DNA of 64,000 nt from Octopus sinensis (Eukaryota): NCBI RefSeq assembly GCF_006345805.1, contig NC_042997.1, forward strand, positions 1,550,001-1,614,000, in the 5' to 3' direction. The position numbers and the translations under genes are program-made. Shown piece by piece: positions 1 through 12,575 of this stretch. How positions within the stretch are numbered: position 1 is the first letter of the stretch; each line of letters starts with the position of its first letter. A model generated the notes under the pieces. It was not told the DNA's origin. It made no database searches and saw nothing but the letters and a program-made list of their open reading frames with translations.

Positions 1-1116
1 ATATCAATTTCAATATAAAAGCACCATACATGTGACCATTCACTGAATCCCTAATATCACTTCCGGTCACAAAATTTAAAAACTCAGTGGAAAATTTAAA
101 ATCTAAATTAGTAATGTTTACTGCTACAAAACACAACTACTTATTTTTAGTTGCTTAACAACCCAATGTTAGAACGTAACGTGATAGGTTATCATTCAAA
201 TATTTTTTTTTGCTAATGGATTAGTTTTGATATTCCAGCCTAAGCACTTTCTGTATTATTTGTCAAACTAAAAATTGAGTGAAAAGCAAGCATCATACAC
301 ATTTAGGTTGTACATCTTCGCATTTTACATGTTTCAGCAGTATCAAGAGAAAGTCATTGATAAGTCAAACCAAGGTTTATATTTCTTTAACCGTTTCTCT
401 CTTCAGATATACTGTTAATATCAATACTGAAAAAATGCTTACGGAAACATTAATGACTACTACAACAATTACGAGTAAAATGGCAACCACATACAGGTAT
501 GAATTTAAATGATTATTCATGATTTTAAATGATTATCTAAAACAAAATAAAACATTTTAATAATAACAGGCTAGGACCAAAAGATGAAATATGAAGGAAA
601 ATGTATACGCATCTAAGGAAGACATGAGTAATTATCCAGTTAAATAGATATTTATAATTATACTTACATATATGCATGCGTAGGTGTATATGCAAGTGTG
701 TGTGAGAGCGATAGAGATAGGGACAGAGATAGACAGAGAGAGAGAGCGTATGGTACGTGTGTGTATACATGTACACGCATATACATAATCATGTGCACAC
801 ACATACATATAGCATATATATATATATATATATATGCATGCACGTGCACACACACATATACACAAGAGAAGTGAGTGAGAGAGAGCCAAAATATTTGTTT
901 AATTAATGCGTTCTTAATGATGATATTGTCAAGGACAGAATTAAACCAACATAATGAATGATAGCGTTTTCCTTCTGGCTTAACGTAGAAACGTGACACT
1001 TGTAATTATCACTTTTTCTTTATTTCAGTTTAGTATGTTAAGATTTCACAATCCTGCATTAATTATTATGAGCCTATCATATGCTCGGTAAGTTAAATGC
1101 TGACATTGAAATATGT

Positions 1117-1171
<55 letters not shown>

Positions 1172-1740
1172 AGCGGGAACACAGACGCATGCACAAATGC
1201 ATAGAGAGAGAGAGAGAGAAGGAAAGAGACAAATATACAGAAGGAGGTCTCAGAGTACTAATCACAACATTTCAAATATTCCTATTGGTACAGGCATACG
1301 TAGACACTCAATCACACACACATAAGCACAGTTACACATAGACACACACGTACTCTCCATACAATACTTAATACTAGCCGGTACACGCAGGAAATACTCA
1401 TCTGGTAAGCTGTACCACGTATTTGCACATTGTTTCACGTACATACCTTGCTACCAGAAGAAAAATGCATATTTTACCCAGAAAATATATGAAACCCGGA
1501 AGGAGAGAATGCAGGAACGGAGGTCAGTTGGTATTCATTTCCAGTACGGAGCTATGTGAAAAGATATTACTATGATCGATAACCGGCAGTCCATAAATCG
1601 AACACACAATCATATTACCCGTATCCTAAACTTTAGACCTCGTGTCTGAATATATTTGCCTCACCCTGCATCTGCAACTTCACCACGGGGTACTATAAAT
1701 ATTTTAAAACTGAATATGTTATGAGTATTAAGTAAATTTA

Positions 1741-1903
1741 CGGCTGTGTGGTAAGTAGCTTGTTTACCAACCACATGGTTCCGGGTTCAGTCCCACTGCG
1801 TGGCACCTTGGGCAAGTGTCTTCTACTATTCTACTATAGCCTCGGGCCGGCCAAAGCCTTGTGAGTGGATTTGATAGACGGAAACTGAAAGACGTTCGTC
1901 GTA

Positions 1904-1956
<53 letters not shown>

Positions 1957-2170
1957 TTGTGTGTCTGTGTTTGTCCCCCTAGCATTGCTTGACAACCGAT
2001 GCTGGTGTGTTTATGTCCCCGTCACTTCGGGGTTCGGCAAAAAGAGACCGATAGAATAAGTACTGGGCTTACAAAGAATAAGTCCCGGGGTCGAGTTGCT
2101 CGATTAAAGGTGGTGCTCCAGCATGGCTGCAGTCAAATGACTGAAACGAGTAAGAGAGAGTAAAAGAGTA
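1741..2170 (+). mobile_element. tRNA-derived SINE (family A) with internal (TA)n/(TG)n tract
   Basis: Head GCTGTGTGGTAAG...GGTTCAGTCCC (A/B-box-like), CORE-like GGCACCTTGGGCAAGTG and a TAAAAGAG-type tail. Related copies occur at ~13290, 17180, 43170, 58830, 61790 and 62110. Confidence 0.85.
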
Positions 2171-2299
2171 ATATAATTTTCACTATCAATGAAATAACAT
2201 TTTTATCGGTAGGAGATATAGGCAAAAAGGCATATAAGCGAAAGGTGCGCCCATAGAGTAAAACGATAACCATACATACCCAGAGGCATTCCTGTTACG

Positions 2300-3200
2300 T
2301 GTAGATGCACTCGCGTAACAGGCGAAATATGAATGGACGGATTTACATTGGTCAAGTTAGAGAATCAGGGGATATATTGTCATTCGTGAACATGACGGGT
2401 GCAACGAGGACAAGAGAGAGAAACCGCCTCTAAAACATGAGTCTCCACTTATGTGAAACGGATGTAACAACAACTGCATGCCCTATATCAATCAATGCTA
2501 CCCTCTCTGGCAATTTTTGCTAAGAACCTAGACCTTTTAACGGGTATATTGCTGCTTGCTTTCAAAATGTAATGGACGAGATTTCACATTGAACGAAATT
2601 TATTGTTGAGAAACAATATCAATTTCCTCGACTATATCCAACGTGGATCTTCATGGATCGTCGTTATTGAAGCGTATGAAATTTTCGATTTCACATTTTC
2701 GCTATTTCCAGTTTTATAGAGATAGTGTGGCAGAATACTTATGTACATGATACTAACAGAAATGGCGCGCTGGTTGTATCGGATTAAAAAAAATATATAT
2801 TATGCATGTAGAATGCACTTTTCTATGTATGCCGTTGCTTCCAAATTGAAGGGACATTTTAAATGGGAAATGACTGGAAGTTATACATTTTCAAAGTTTC
2901 TCTTAGGTCGGAGGATGGTTGGGTGTGAGTTTTCTCTTGAAATATTTGATATGGGAAGCAATTAAAGCTAATCTAAATAGTGTTCCTAAAGGAGCTGGTG
3001 GCATATATGTATGACTGAGATATAATAACCTAAGAGACAATATTTTTTTAATGTTCATGTCAATGCTGGCGTCAAATTAAATCATGTACGTATCACTGGT
3101 CTTGTAGGGACTTTCAGAATACGAAAGGAGTTGGTATAAATTGTATGTGATAGCTTAAAATTTCGTCTTTGCTATTTTTTGGACGAACCTCTTAAATCAT
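2300..3200 (+). pseudogene. Possible decayed Polinton/adintovirus-type protein-primed PolB N-terminal region
   Basis: Across frameshifts, motifs appear in the expected order: FLDYIQRGSSW (GSGW-like, 2645-2656), CRMHFSMYAVASKL (CF.YAV-like), NHVRITGL (HY..I..L-like), then IVCDS...H. Confidence 0.35.
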
Positions 3201-3368
3201 CAAGTCTATAGAAACCTATATGCACACATAAGTATATGAGTACGTGCAGGCATACATACGTTTGTGTGGGAGCCGTCTTTGTATAGTGGTTAATACGGAT
3301 ATAATATTTACAGAAGTCACGGCATTCGATCCTCATAAGTCATGTCATTAATATTTTACTGAGTATCA

Positions 3369-3582
3369 AGGCAGAAAGCTGCCAAAATCGTTAGTAAGCT
3401 GGGCAAAATACTTAGCAGCGTTTTGTCCACCATTATGTTCAGAGTTCAAATTCTATCGGACTCCCCTCTGTCTTTCAGACTTTCGGGGTCGATGAAGTAA
3501 GTACCAGTTGGTCACTTGGATTGAGGTAATCTACATATCCCCTTCCCCGAAAATTGATGGCCTTGCGGCAAACTTGCGACCA
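3369..3582 (+). mobile_element. SINE family B (decayed)
   Basis: GGCAGAAAGCTGCCAAAATCGTTAG head, GAGTTCAAATTC B-box and TTTCGGGGTCGAT..AAGTACCAG core, shared with copies at 5101, 10843, 33925 and 50225. Confidence 0.75.
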
Positions 3583-3761
3583 TTTTTCCCATCATCTTCA
3601 ATTATATGTGTATATGTGTATTTGTTTGTGTGTGAGCGCGGGCGGAGAGGTATTTCTTTCTTTATGCTTTATATAGAAGGTGAAACAGCAGTGTCCCATC
3701 GTGACTGCAGATTTTGAGATGAAACTAGTAAAAGAAAAAAAGGCATATCATTTCGCCTTAC

Positions 3762-3842
3762 TTCTCAAGTTTGTAATTTTCTTTTCCAAAGATTTACATC
3801 TCAGTGAAAAACCGCATGTTTTGCATCTCTCCACAGACGACT
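3762..3842 (-). CDS. Candidate 81-nt symmetric (phase 1-1) coding exon of an unidentified host gene
   Basis: Acceptor CTTTTTCCTTATTTGCAG and donor GTAAGG. Only one frame is open: SSVERCKTCGFSLRCKSLEKKITNLR. Confidence 0.35.
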
Positions 3843-5100
3843 CTGCAAATAAGGAAAAAGACTATTATCATAAAAAAAAAAGATATTTCCAGTTTATTCT
3901 TGTGAAGGTTTACTGCACTATGAATTGCCTTTCTGTCCTCGGAAACAATCTTTTTATTTACTTAATTGTCATGTTTGTAGTATAGCATTGCATTGTTGCT
4001 ACGCAGTTCTTTAATATGTGCTAGGTTATTTTGCTGGATCGCATTTATACCTTGCACGCATTTCCTCAGTTAACTCATGTTTCCTTATAGAATTGTAATT
4101 ATGCTGTTTCTAAGCTGCATGGCTAATATGGGCTGTATAATGTTTTTAGGATGGCAACTAAGCACGATCCGATTTCTGCAACTTCTCAGTGGTGTGAGTG
4201 TTGTCTCATAGAAGGGATATCGATTACGGAAGTGTAATTATTTTGTTGTTATATTAATGAATGACAATAATGCACATTGCGTCATGCGAATTTTGATAAT
4301 TTACAGGATGACGCTTGCAAAAGGTATTTTTTTTTTTTTTTGGTTTTCAGGATGACTAAATTTGAGATTGTATTGAAAATGTTTCACGTAGAATGCGACT
4401 TTTGCCTTCCGAGTTAATTATAAATATAATCAATGTAAATTTGTCGCTCATTGGAGAGTCATTCCTGCAAGTCATTATTATTTCATTCTAATAACTCCAT
4501 ACGTTTACAAACGCATTTGTGATGGTTACACAGAATAATGTGTCTGTCATTCGTATATGCGGCCAAAATAAAGTAGTTACCTGAAAAAAAAAAATTGTAC
4601 TTTCTACTTGCATTACTGTTGATTTATTTCTTCAACGCCCACACACACACACGCACATACACGTGCGCGCACGCACACAAGCACACACGCGCACATATAT
4701 TTCGCATAGTGTAGAACGCTATACATGTGGGCTTCAGAACGAAGTGTTAGACGAGTATAGAGCGTTAATAAAAAAGTGATGACAGAGGAATAAATGATTA
4801 TAAGATGATCATTTATTCCTTTGTCATCTCATTTGTGTGTTGTGTGTTTAAAGGCAATTAAAATAAACAGTTAGTCGTTTCTCTATGAAATTACATGAAC
4901 GTGTACGCAGATATTTTTGATACAACTGATTGGATTAAGGTGATTTAAGGACTGAATTCCAAATTAGGGTGACGCTGTCTGATACATTTTTTTCTAATCG
5001 TTGACTGCGGAAAAAATTAGTGAAATAAATGCGCTAGATATGAATATGTAATTTTATGAATAACATTCAATATGATGTACATTAATATATTATGATCTTG

Positions 5101-5265
5101 AGGGCGGCTAGCGGCAAAATCGTTCGCACGCCGGGGAAATGTTTAACATCATTACATCCGTTCGTGGTCGATAAACTTAATACCAGTCAAGAGAACTGGC
5201 ATCGATCTAATCGAGTTATCCCGTTCTCAGAAATTTATGGTTTCGTGCTAAAATTTAAAACCAAT
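5101..5265 (+). mobile_element. SINE family B (internally deleted)
   Basis: GGCGGC..GCGGCAAAATCGTT..CACGCCGGG head and GGTCGATAAA..TACCAG core. Confidence 0.65.
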
Positions 5266-6643
5266 ATATGACCTTCATTTCACTGTGTTTATATGAAAGT
5301 GTCCTAACCTTGCTTATCAATGATTTTATATATCCATAGTCACAGTAACTAGTGGCTTCTATTTTACCTGACGTTAAAACCTTTCTTGGTTATTTTCTTG
5401 TAGAGTTCTCATTTCAGGGAAATACAAATATTGTAATTGTTGCATTGATGTTCAAGTCACCTGACTGCGTCAGATTTCGCTATAGGCATTACAGATGTGA
5501 CCGTTATTGCTCTTTTTGGTAAGGTCACACATTATGATTTAAGATTTCGCAGCAAATTTTCGCTAACCAAGTATTCACGTTTGGCCTTTACACACCCATG
5601 TTTGACTATATTTGTTTGTTTTTACCATCTTCTAAAACTTCCCTCGATAATTTCTAAACACATGGCACTTCATCCACAGTGTTATTTTGAATTGATTCGA
5701 GTAGAACCTCTAATGTAGCAAAATTGCTTTTCAATAGAATAGAATAGAGTGATTTGAATACTGCTACTAAGGTTAGATTTCGAGGTATGTGGATACCAAT
5801 ACATCTAGTCACATATTGTTACAAGTTAGAATTGGCTAATACTCTATATAAAATGGAATTGATGTCAAATAATGTTGTTTTTAATCTACTAAATGCTATT
5901 AGTCACTGTTATTGCATAATGAAACAAGAATGATAAATTAAAACACAAATTGATTAATAAATATTTTCATTTATTTTAGAGCTCTGATAATCTTTCTCAA
6001 TCCAACATGGAGAGAGGGATTTTTATATTTTGAATTTCCCATGGCTATATTTGTAAGAGCAGATAATATCAATTAGCGTTGGATATTAGAATTAACTATG
6101 CTATAGCTACATTTCCTTGAAGTATTGTTTCTCATAACAAGATATTTGACTTTTATAACCTGTATATTATCTTGGATCATTTTTCACTCTTCTAAGCATG
6201 CTACGATTAAAGTCGATTCTCCACTTCTCGTGTTCCACAAAACACTTAATTCAAACTCTGCTAGATAGAGAATAACATCAAACAGTTTTAAATATAACCT
6301 TGATAACACATATCAAATAAATGGAAATCGATAGTTGAAGGAATTTGCTAATCTTTGATCTCTGCCCTCTAACAAGTAAAGAGATTATCCTTCTTCACAA
6401 CTTATCCGCCTCTAACATATAATAAACTGATGACTATAAAATGTCTTCACTATAAAATGTTACATATCCTGTTTTCTCATGAAATTCAAAGGCTTTCTAT
6501 TTCAGGTTTCCTTCCGGATATTATCTTACATATCATGCAGAGGTCTTTCAATTAGATTCAGAATGATATTAAACGATCTTAACAAAACGGGACGCGCATA
6601 TTTTTTTTATATGAGAGCGTATAAATTTCCGAGTTTATAGTTC

Positions 6644-7060
6644 ATACATACATTCATTCAAACGTAAATTCATACATACATACATACATACATACATACA
6701 TACATACATACATACATACGTACATACATACATACATACATACATACGTACATATATATACATACATGCTTACAAGCGTAAATTCATACATGCATACATA
6801 TATAAATACATACAAGCGTAAATTCATACATGCACACACACATACATACATGCAAGCGTATATTCATACATGCATACATACACCCAAGAGTAAATTCATA
6901 CATACATACATACATACATACATGCACACGCATACATATATACATAAATACATACATACAAGCGTATATTCATACATACGAGCGTAAATTCATACACACT
7001 TGCATAGATACATACATGCAAACATACATACATACACACATACATACAGATAAATATATA
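6644..7060. repeat. Compound (ACAT)n array punctuated by a recurring AAGCGTAAATTCAT motif
   Basis: Motif variants at ~6660, 6774, 6813, 6853, 6887, 6960 and 6980 are separated by variable (ACAT)n tracts. Confidence 0.85.
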
Positions 7061-8279
7061 TCTACGTGCATGTGAAACCGATTTATTATTACCAAGTGAG
7101 AGGTGTAGACTAAATAGATTTTAAATATTGAAATTTGTTTAATTTCTCAATACAAATTGCTGTGTTCACTTTTTCCTTTTATTCATTCAGTGCTCAGAAA
7201 TATACTCGTAAGTAGCAGTGAATCTTTACTCTGTCCTTGCTGAAGCTTATTTATCCTTCTGTAGCCCTATATCAAAATAAATATTTTACATCAAGGCTCT
7301 TAGAAACAAGTTATAAAAATATGTATTGTATAAATTTGCGATATATTACTTATAGATACGTAAAACGATGATGTGCATTGATATTATTTCATATCTTGGC
7401 TAATATTATAGTTAACCGGCTTTCAATTTGGATTACCTAATTTGCACCAAAAAAATAACAGGTTGTAATTTTGGCCTGTAATTTTTGCGTTCAAATGATG
7501 GGAAACGGATAATAATGCCTGCATATGCATGCAACCATAATAACACAGAAACACTAATACACACACATACACACGCACATACACACACACGTACACACAC
7601 ACAAACGATTATATATTTACACTACAGAAGCAAAAAATATATATATAGTTAACGCATGAATTATAACTGCCTTACAAGGAACAGTGCAATAAACTAAAAA
7701 CGCAGCGAAAATTAGAGGAAATTAGAATTATGGCCTTCCATGATCCGTAACATGAATTTCTTTATTGGATTTACAAATGATTTCTGTCGATGCCTCGTGA
7801 CTATCTAGAATACTTTGCGAACATAACGCTACGAAAACCGTGGGATAGAGATGAGTAGATTCCCATATTTTGACAAACGTAAGAGCAGAAACGGAAAACT
7901 GAATAGGTCGGATATTTTCGGGCGATGACCATATGAGCGAGAAAAATATATAACAACCCGAAATTAAAATTCTCCTAAAACATAGTTGTGGAACAAATAA
8001 AAAGTGTAAAAGCCTAAAACGTTTTAATATAAACAATGCAGAACTGTCATGCACGTTAAGAATTAGAACGCCCACTAGGAAAATTTTGTATTCGTTTCCC
8101 AACTTATATTTCGACAAGTAACGAATGTTTCGTTGGTTCAACTGTAATAACAACGCGAAGGTGTCTAAAACTTTTGGCAAATATGTAGGGACTGACACAT
8201 TTAGCAAAAGCAATGTATTTTTGTAAAACGGCTATTCGCTCAGAAGTGACGCGGGCTAAATGTATTATGAACATGTACA

Positions 8280-8319
<40 letters not shown>

Positions 8320-8438
8320 ATAATAAAAGGGTAAAATCAATTAATTATTAATAATTAATTTCACCAAGTAGTGTTCAGTATGTAAAAGGACCATTCAAGG
8401 TATATTCAAAATATTACATGATATAATTAGGGCTCAGT

Positions 8439-8642
8439 AAAATAATTTACTTTACCATATACTGAAACTTTTAGAAATAGCAGCCAAAAAGTTTTTTTAA
8501 CCATTTCTTCTATTATAAGAAAAGTCTCCCAGATAGTGTTTACTCAAAAATAATTCACGTAGATATAGTAGAAGAAATGGCTAAAAAAACATTTTGGCTG
8601 CTATTTCTAAAAGCTTCAGTATGTGGTAAAGTGAATTATTTT
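8439..8642. repeat. Inverted repeat, ~77-bp arms with ~50-bp loop
   Basis: 8439-8516 is the reverse complement of 8565-8642 with a few mismatches. Confidence 0.9.
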
Positions 8643-8699
8643 TCATATATGAACGAGTTCTAGTACCTGGAAATGTGTCTTATTCCTATGTAGGGTGTT

Positions 8700-9045
8700 T
8701 TATGTTGAGTATTAATTCAGTTGTGCAAGTATATTATTTCATCACTTACCAGGAAACGTTATGATAAGGCAGCGCATAACACTACATGAAAGAAAATTAA
8801 AAAGGGAGATCAAATAAAATTGCTTTAATTCACGGTAGAGAAAGCATCCCCTACCGGGCACTTGACTTTTTAGCATTAACAGCGAAAGTATATGTAAACG
8901 AAGAAACACATTCATTGATTCGAGTAATACATTCGATAACGAACGCAATCTTTAATAGAGAATATATAATACAGAAAATTTGTTTTGGATCAGAAAAGAG
9001 CTTGATCAGCGATGTCTTAGGTTTAAACGACAATATCAAACTATA
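8700..9045 (+). mobile_element. Penelope-like GIY-YIG endonuclease remnant
   Basis: Contains IRQRITLH and LGLNDNI. The latter also occurs in the Naiad-type element at ~45705. Confidence 0.45.
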
Positions 9046-9173
9046 TAATGAAACAGAATTATACAACATAGCCACATGGTGGATTGTAATATATGTGTAT
9101 ATAATTTATATATTTAAATGCATATATACTTATTTCAATTTGACGGATATATATCGTCATCTTGTTTGTTGTT

Positions 9174-9219
9174 AACACTAAGTTTCGGCTGATATACCCT
9201 CCAGCCTTCATCAGGTGTC
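9174..9219 (-). ncRNA. Minimal type I hammerhead ribozyme motif
   Basis: GACAC CUGAUGA A GGCUG-loop-CAGCC GAAA CUUA GUGUU; stems I and II pair. Confidence 0.7.
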
Positions 9220-9378
9220 TTGGGGGAAATATCGAACCTGGATTCTCATACCAAATGTATTTTTCGATGTTGTTGTTGTTGTTGTTATTATTCATCATCA
9301 TCATCATCGTCATCATCATCATCATTAAGAGCGCGGGCTCTTAATCCCAAGTTCCTGAGTTCGATTCCAGACAGTGAT

Positions 9379-9448
<70 letters not shown>

Positions 9449-9495
9449 TCGAAAAATACCCTAGGAATGAGAAGCCAGGTTCGAAATTTCCCCAA

Positions 9496-9541
9496 GACAC
9501 CTGACGAAGACTGCAGGGTATATCAGCCGAAACATTGTATT
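9496..9541 (+). ncRNA. Minimal type I hammerhead ribozyme motif (paralog)
   Basis: GACAC CUGACGA A GACUG-loop-CAGCC GAAA CAUU GUAUU, with one mismatch in each stem. Confidence 0.65.
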
Positions 9542-9677
9542 AATAACAAACAAGATGAGGGCAAATATCCGTCAAATTTAAATTATGTGAATAATGTACA
9601 TAATTCGTCATTTTTTAAATATAGAACTGAAACACAGACACATATATACGCACACACACACACACACTGAAATATAC

Positions 9678-9748
<71 letters not shown>

Positions 9749-9789
9749 ATATATATTATATATATATATATACATATATTTATATTTAT

Positions 9790-9985
9790 AAAACATAATA
9801 AGGAGAACAAACACAAAAATAACTAAAACGTGATGACGAGGTACATGCAACGTGATGCTCAGGAAAGGAAAGATGGTTTAACGTTTCGAGCAAAGCTCTT
9901 CTTCAGGAACAGAGGAAAGTCTGACAGAAAAGGAAGACGGGGGAAAAATCGCCAACTACTCACATGTAGTTACATTTTGAAAATG
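9790..9985 (-). mobile_element. Short (TA)n-flanked PLE terminal-repeat-like element with hammerhead at 9876-9910
   Basis: GUUC CUGAAGA A GAGC UUU GCUC GAAA CGUU AAAC. Homologous to 44680-44890, 59360-59570 and a partial copy at 29510-29600. Confidence 0.75.
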
Positions 9986-9987
9986 TG

Positions 9988-10027
<40 letters not shown>

Positions 10028-10544
10028 TATATATATTATATATATATATATAAATATGTATTTATATAGTGATGTCTTTCACTCACTCTCTATGGTTTTT
10101 TTGTCTTTGTGTATGTGCATGCGTGTGTATGTATGCATATGTGTGTCTATGTGTGTCTGTGTGCGTGCGCGCGTGTAATTATACTCATATTTGTTCCTCC
10201 AATTAGAGAAATATGTGAGGTGAAGAAAAAGCTCTAAAACTTAGATGCAGTCTTTAGAGAATTTTAGCAGACCATTTAGAAATGACCAAAAATTTTAGTG
10301 CAATTAAACATCTGTATAATGGCATATATATAAAATGTTAATGTCACAAGCCACCCATTTACGAAGAAAAGTTAATTTGTTCAGTTGATCTGAAAAGCCA
10401 TTTATAATTCATAAAATATCAATACTTTATCGCCGGCTTCTATGACACTTATAATATTACAAGGTCATTGGTTTCCAACTAAATGTCTTTGTCTTCTGTT
10501 CTCTGCTTAACTAGAAAACAAACTACATATCCACATATGTTTAC

Positions 10545-10599
<55 letters not shown>

Positions 10600-10842
10600 A
10601 TACAAACACACGCATTGAAGCGTAAATTGAAAGCAAGGAGTGATAAAAAGCAAATATGTTAAATCATTGAGCGATAAGTTAAAAACGTATGTGAGAAGCC
10701 TTACAGTATTGCTGACTAGGGAACACTATATACAATGAAAATCATGCTATGCAAAAAGGTTGAAAATATATTGGAGTGAGCATATAGTTATATAAACTAT
10801 AAATAAGAGCTGTAGGGAGACGTAATATATTACATGAAAGAT

Positions 10843-11050
10843 AAGGCGGTAAACTAGCAGAATTGTTACCGCTCCGGGAGGAATGCTGAACGCCATTTCT
10901 TCCGACGTTATGTTCTGAGTTGAAATGCCACAGTGTCTATTTTCCCTTTCTTCCTTTCGGGGTCAATTAAATGTTGTACATGTTGAACACTGAGGCCTAT
11001 GTATCCCGCTTACCCGAAATTGCAGGCTTTGTACCAAAACATGAAACCAA
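10843..11050 (+). mobile_element. SINE family B (decayed)
   Basis: AAGGCGGTAAACTAGCAGAATTGTTA head and CCTTTCGGGGTC core. Confidence 0.7.
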
Positions 11051-12427
11051 TGTCTAGTATTGATTTCAAAATTTGACACAATGCCAGCAGTTTAGGGGGA
11101 ACTCTGATATATTCAGTTTTTCAACTTTTTATGAAATAAATTAGAGCTTCTTGTCTTTAGTCATAAATCACTCGTGGCACTGAGAGTAAAGAACTGGTTC
11201 TAGTACTTTTGTATGAATGACGGCAGTAACAGTCATGTTCTTATTACATATGGCTTTTGAGACAGCATTTATAATATATATTTTTCATTTACTCAAAGTT
11301 GAATTAATTATTATAGGTTTTAAATCCCACTTTGTTTTTGCAAAAGATCGTGTGGGGTACTTAATACTCACAGTACTGGAGATATCATTCCCTCGTGCAA
11401 AAGCTGACGGCACTTTAAAACACGTAAATGTAGAAACCTTGACAATCTTTGTGGACAGCCAGTTATGCAGAAGCATTTGGTTGATAATAACAAATTAATA
11501 TCAAGTTTCCCTGAAATATCTAGCGTTGTAAGTGGGTCTCTTTAAAAGCACGACTTCACAGCACACAAAAACAGATAAGAATATTTTGGACTGCAAGCAA
11601 GAGGCTAGCAAGTTTTCGGAGAAAATTGGTTAGACGAAACAATCCTTATTTTGACTGATAGATATATTATCGCTTTCGGGGTGGTGGGTGTTGGTATTAA
11701 TATATTAATTTGACCACGGTGGAATTTGAACTTGTCAGAAGTTACAGTGCAAGATGTTATGAACGGTACTCCAACGATTCTCTCACCTTGTACTTCGCTC
11801 TAATTTCGACATTTGCCAGAAATTTTGGTGTAGTATGATTACTCAATAGAATAGACTCCAGTGCTTAACTAGAACGTTGTTTCAAGTTAGATAGTTTCTT
11901 AGGATTCAGTGATATATTTAGGTGTATGGATATACAGATATACCATTGTATATTACTGTTGCAGTTAGAGTACTGCGCTGAGATAAACCAGCAGAATAGA
12001 AACATGTTCCTAACGTATACATTTATCTTTATTCACTTTATTTATGAGACCTGAGAAGTAATGTATGGTCATTTATTTAGATATTTCTCATTTTCATAGG
12101 TACCAGCCAGATCTTTTCTGGTATTAAAAAGTTTTGCATGCATTAGTTCGTAACATTTTGAATTAAGTTATAAGTCCGTATTTGCTGATTATCATACGGA
12201 TTTCGATTAACTTACGTTTTTTGTGTTGTATAGAGAGGAAAGGATTGAGTCATATGTTGATACGATTTGCATCTAACTGTTCGTATGTGCACATGTTGGA
12301 TGTTGAGTGTTGTAAACATGTGCAACACATTAATTACGTATGGCAAATAGAAATAAATTTTGATGGTTATTTCTGCAGTTATGTTTTTTTCAGTTTCATT
12401 TCTGTTTTCCTGGTGTAATTGGATGAT

Positions 12428-12575
12428 AATCTTCTTCTTCTTATTCCTCTTCTTCTATTTCTTCTTCTTCTTCTTCTTCTTCTTCTTCTTCTGCTGCTGC
12501 CTCCTACTCCTCCCCTCCCCCTCATCCTCCTCCTCCTCCTTCTTCTTCTTCTTCTTCTTCTTCTTCTTCTTCTTG
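12428..12575. repeat. (CTT)n/(CCT)n trinucleotide tract
   Basis: Read directly from the sequence; explains the poly-L/F/R ORFs. Confidence 0.95.

Larger units (their letters stand above)
9125..9630. mobile_element. Head-to-head inverted pair of a hammerhead-bearing short element; plus copy has a tRNA-like head
   Basis: 9125-9270 (-) and 9445-9590 (+) are homologous. The plus copy is preceded by CTCTTAATCCCAAG..GAGTTCGATTCC and (AAT)n. Confidence 0.85.

Noticed and set aside
1029-1087. Plus-strand AG/GT-bounded 59-nt segment, and a strong plus-strand acceptor at ~24705
   Set aside because: They cannot be linked into a coherent model, and such sites arise by chance in AT-rich DNA.
6644-7060. 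CRISPR-like repeat-spacer appearance
   Set aside because: The spacers are (ACAT)n of variable length, the context is eukaryotic, and there are no cas genes.
7728-8213. 161-aa minus-strand ORF
   Set aside because: No recognisable motif or splice signals and a non-ATG start; probably antisense to a decayed repeat.
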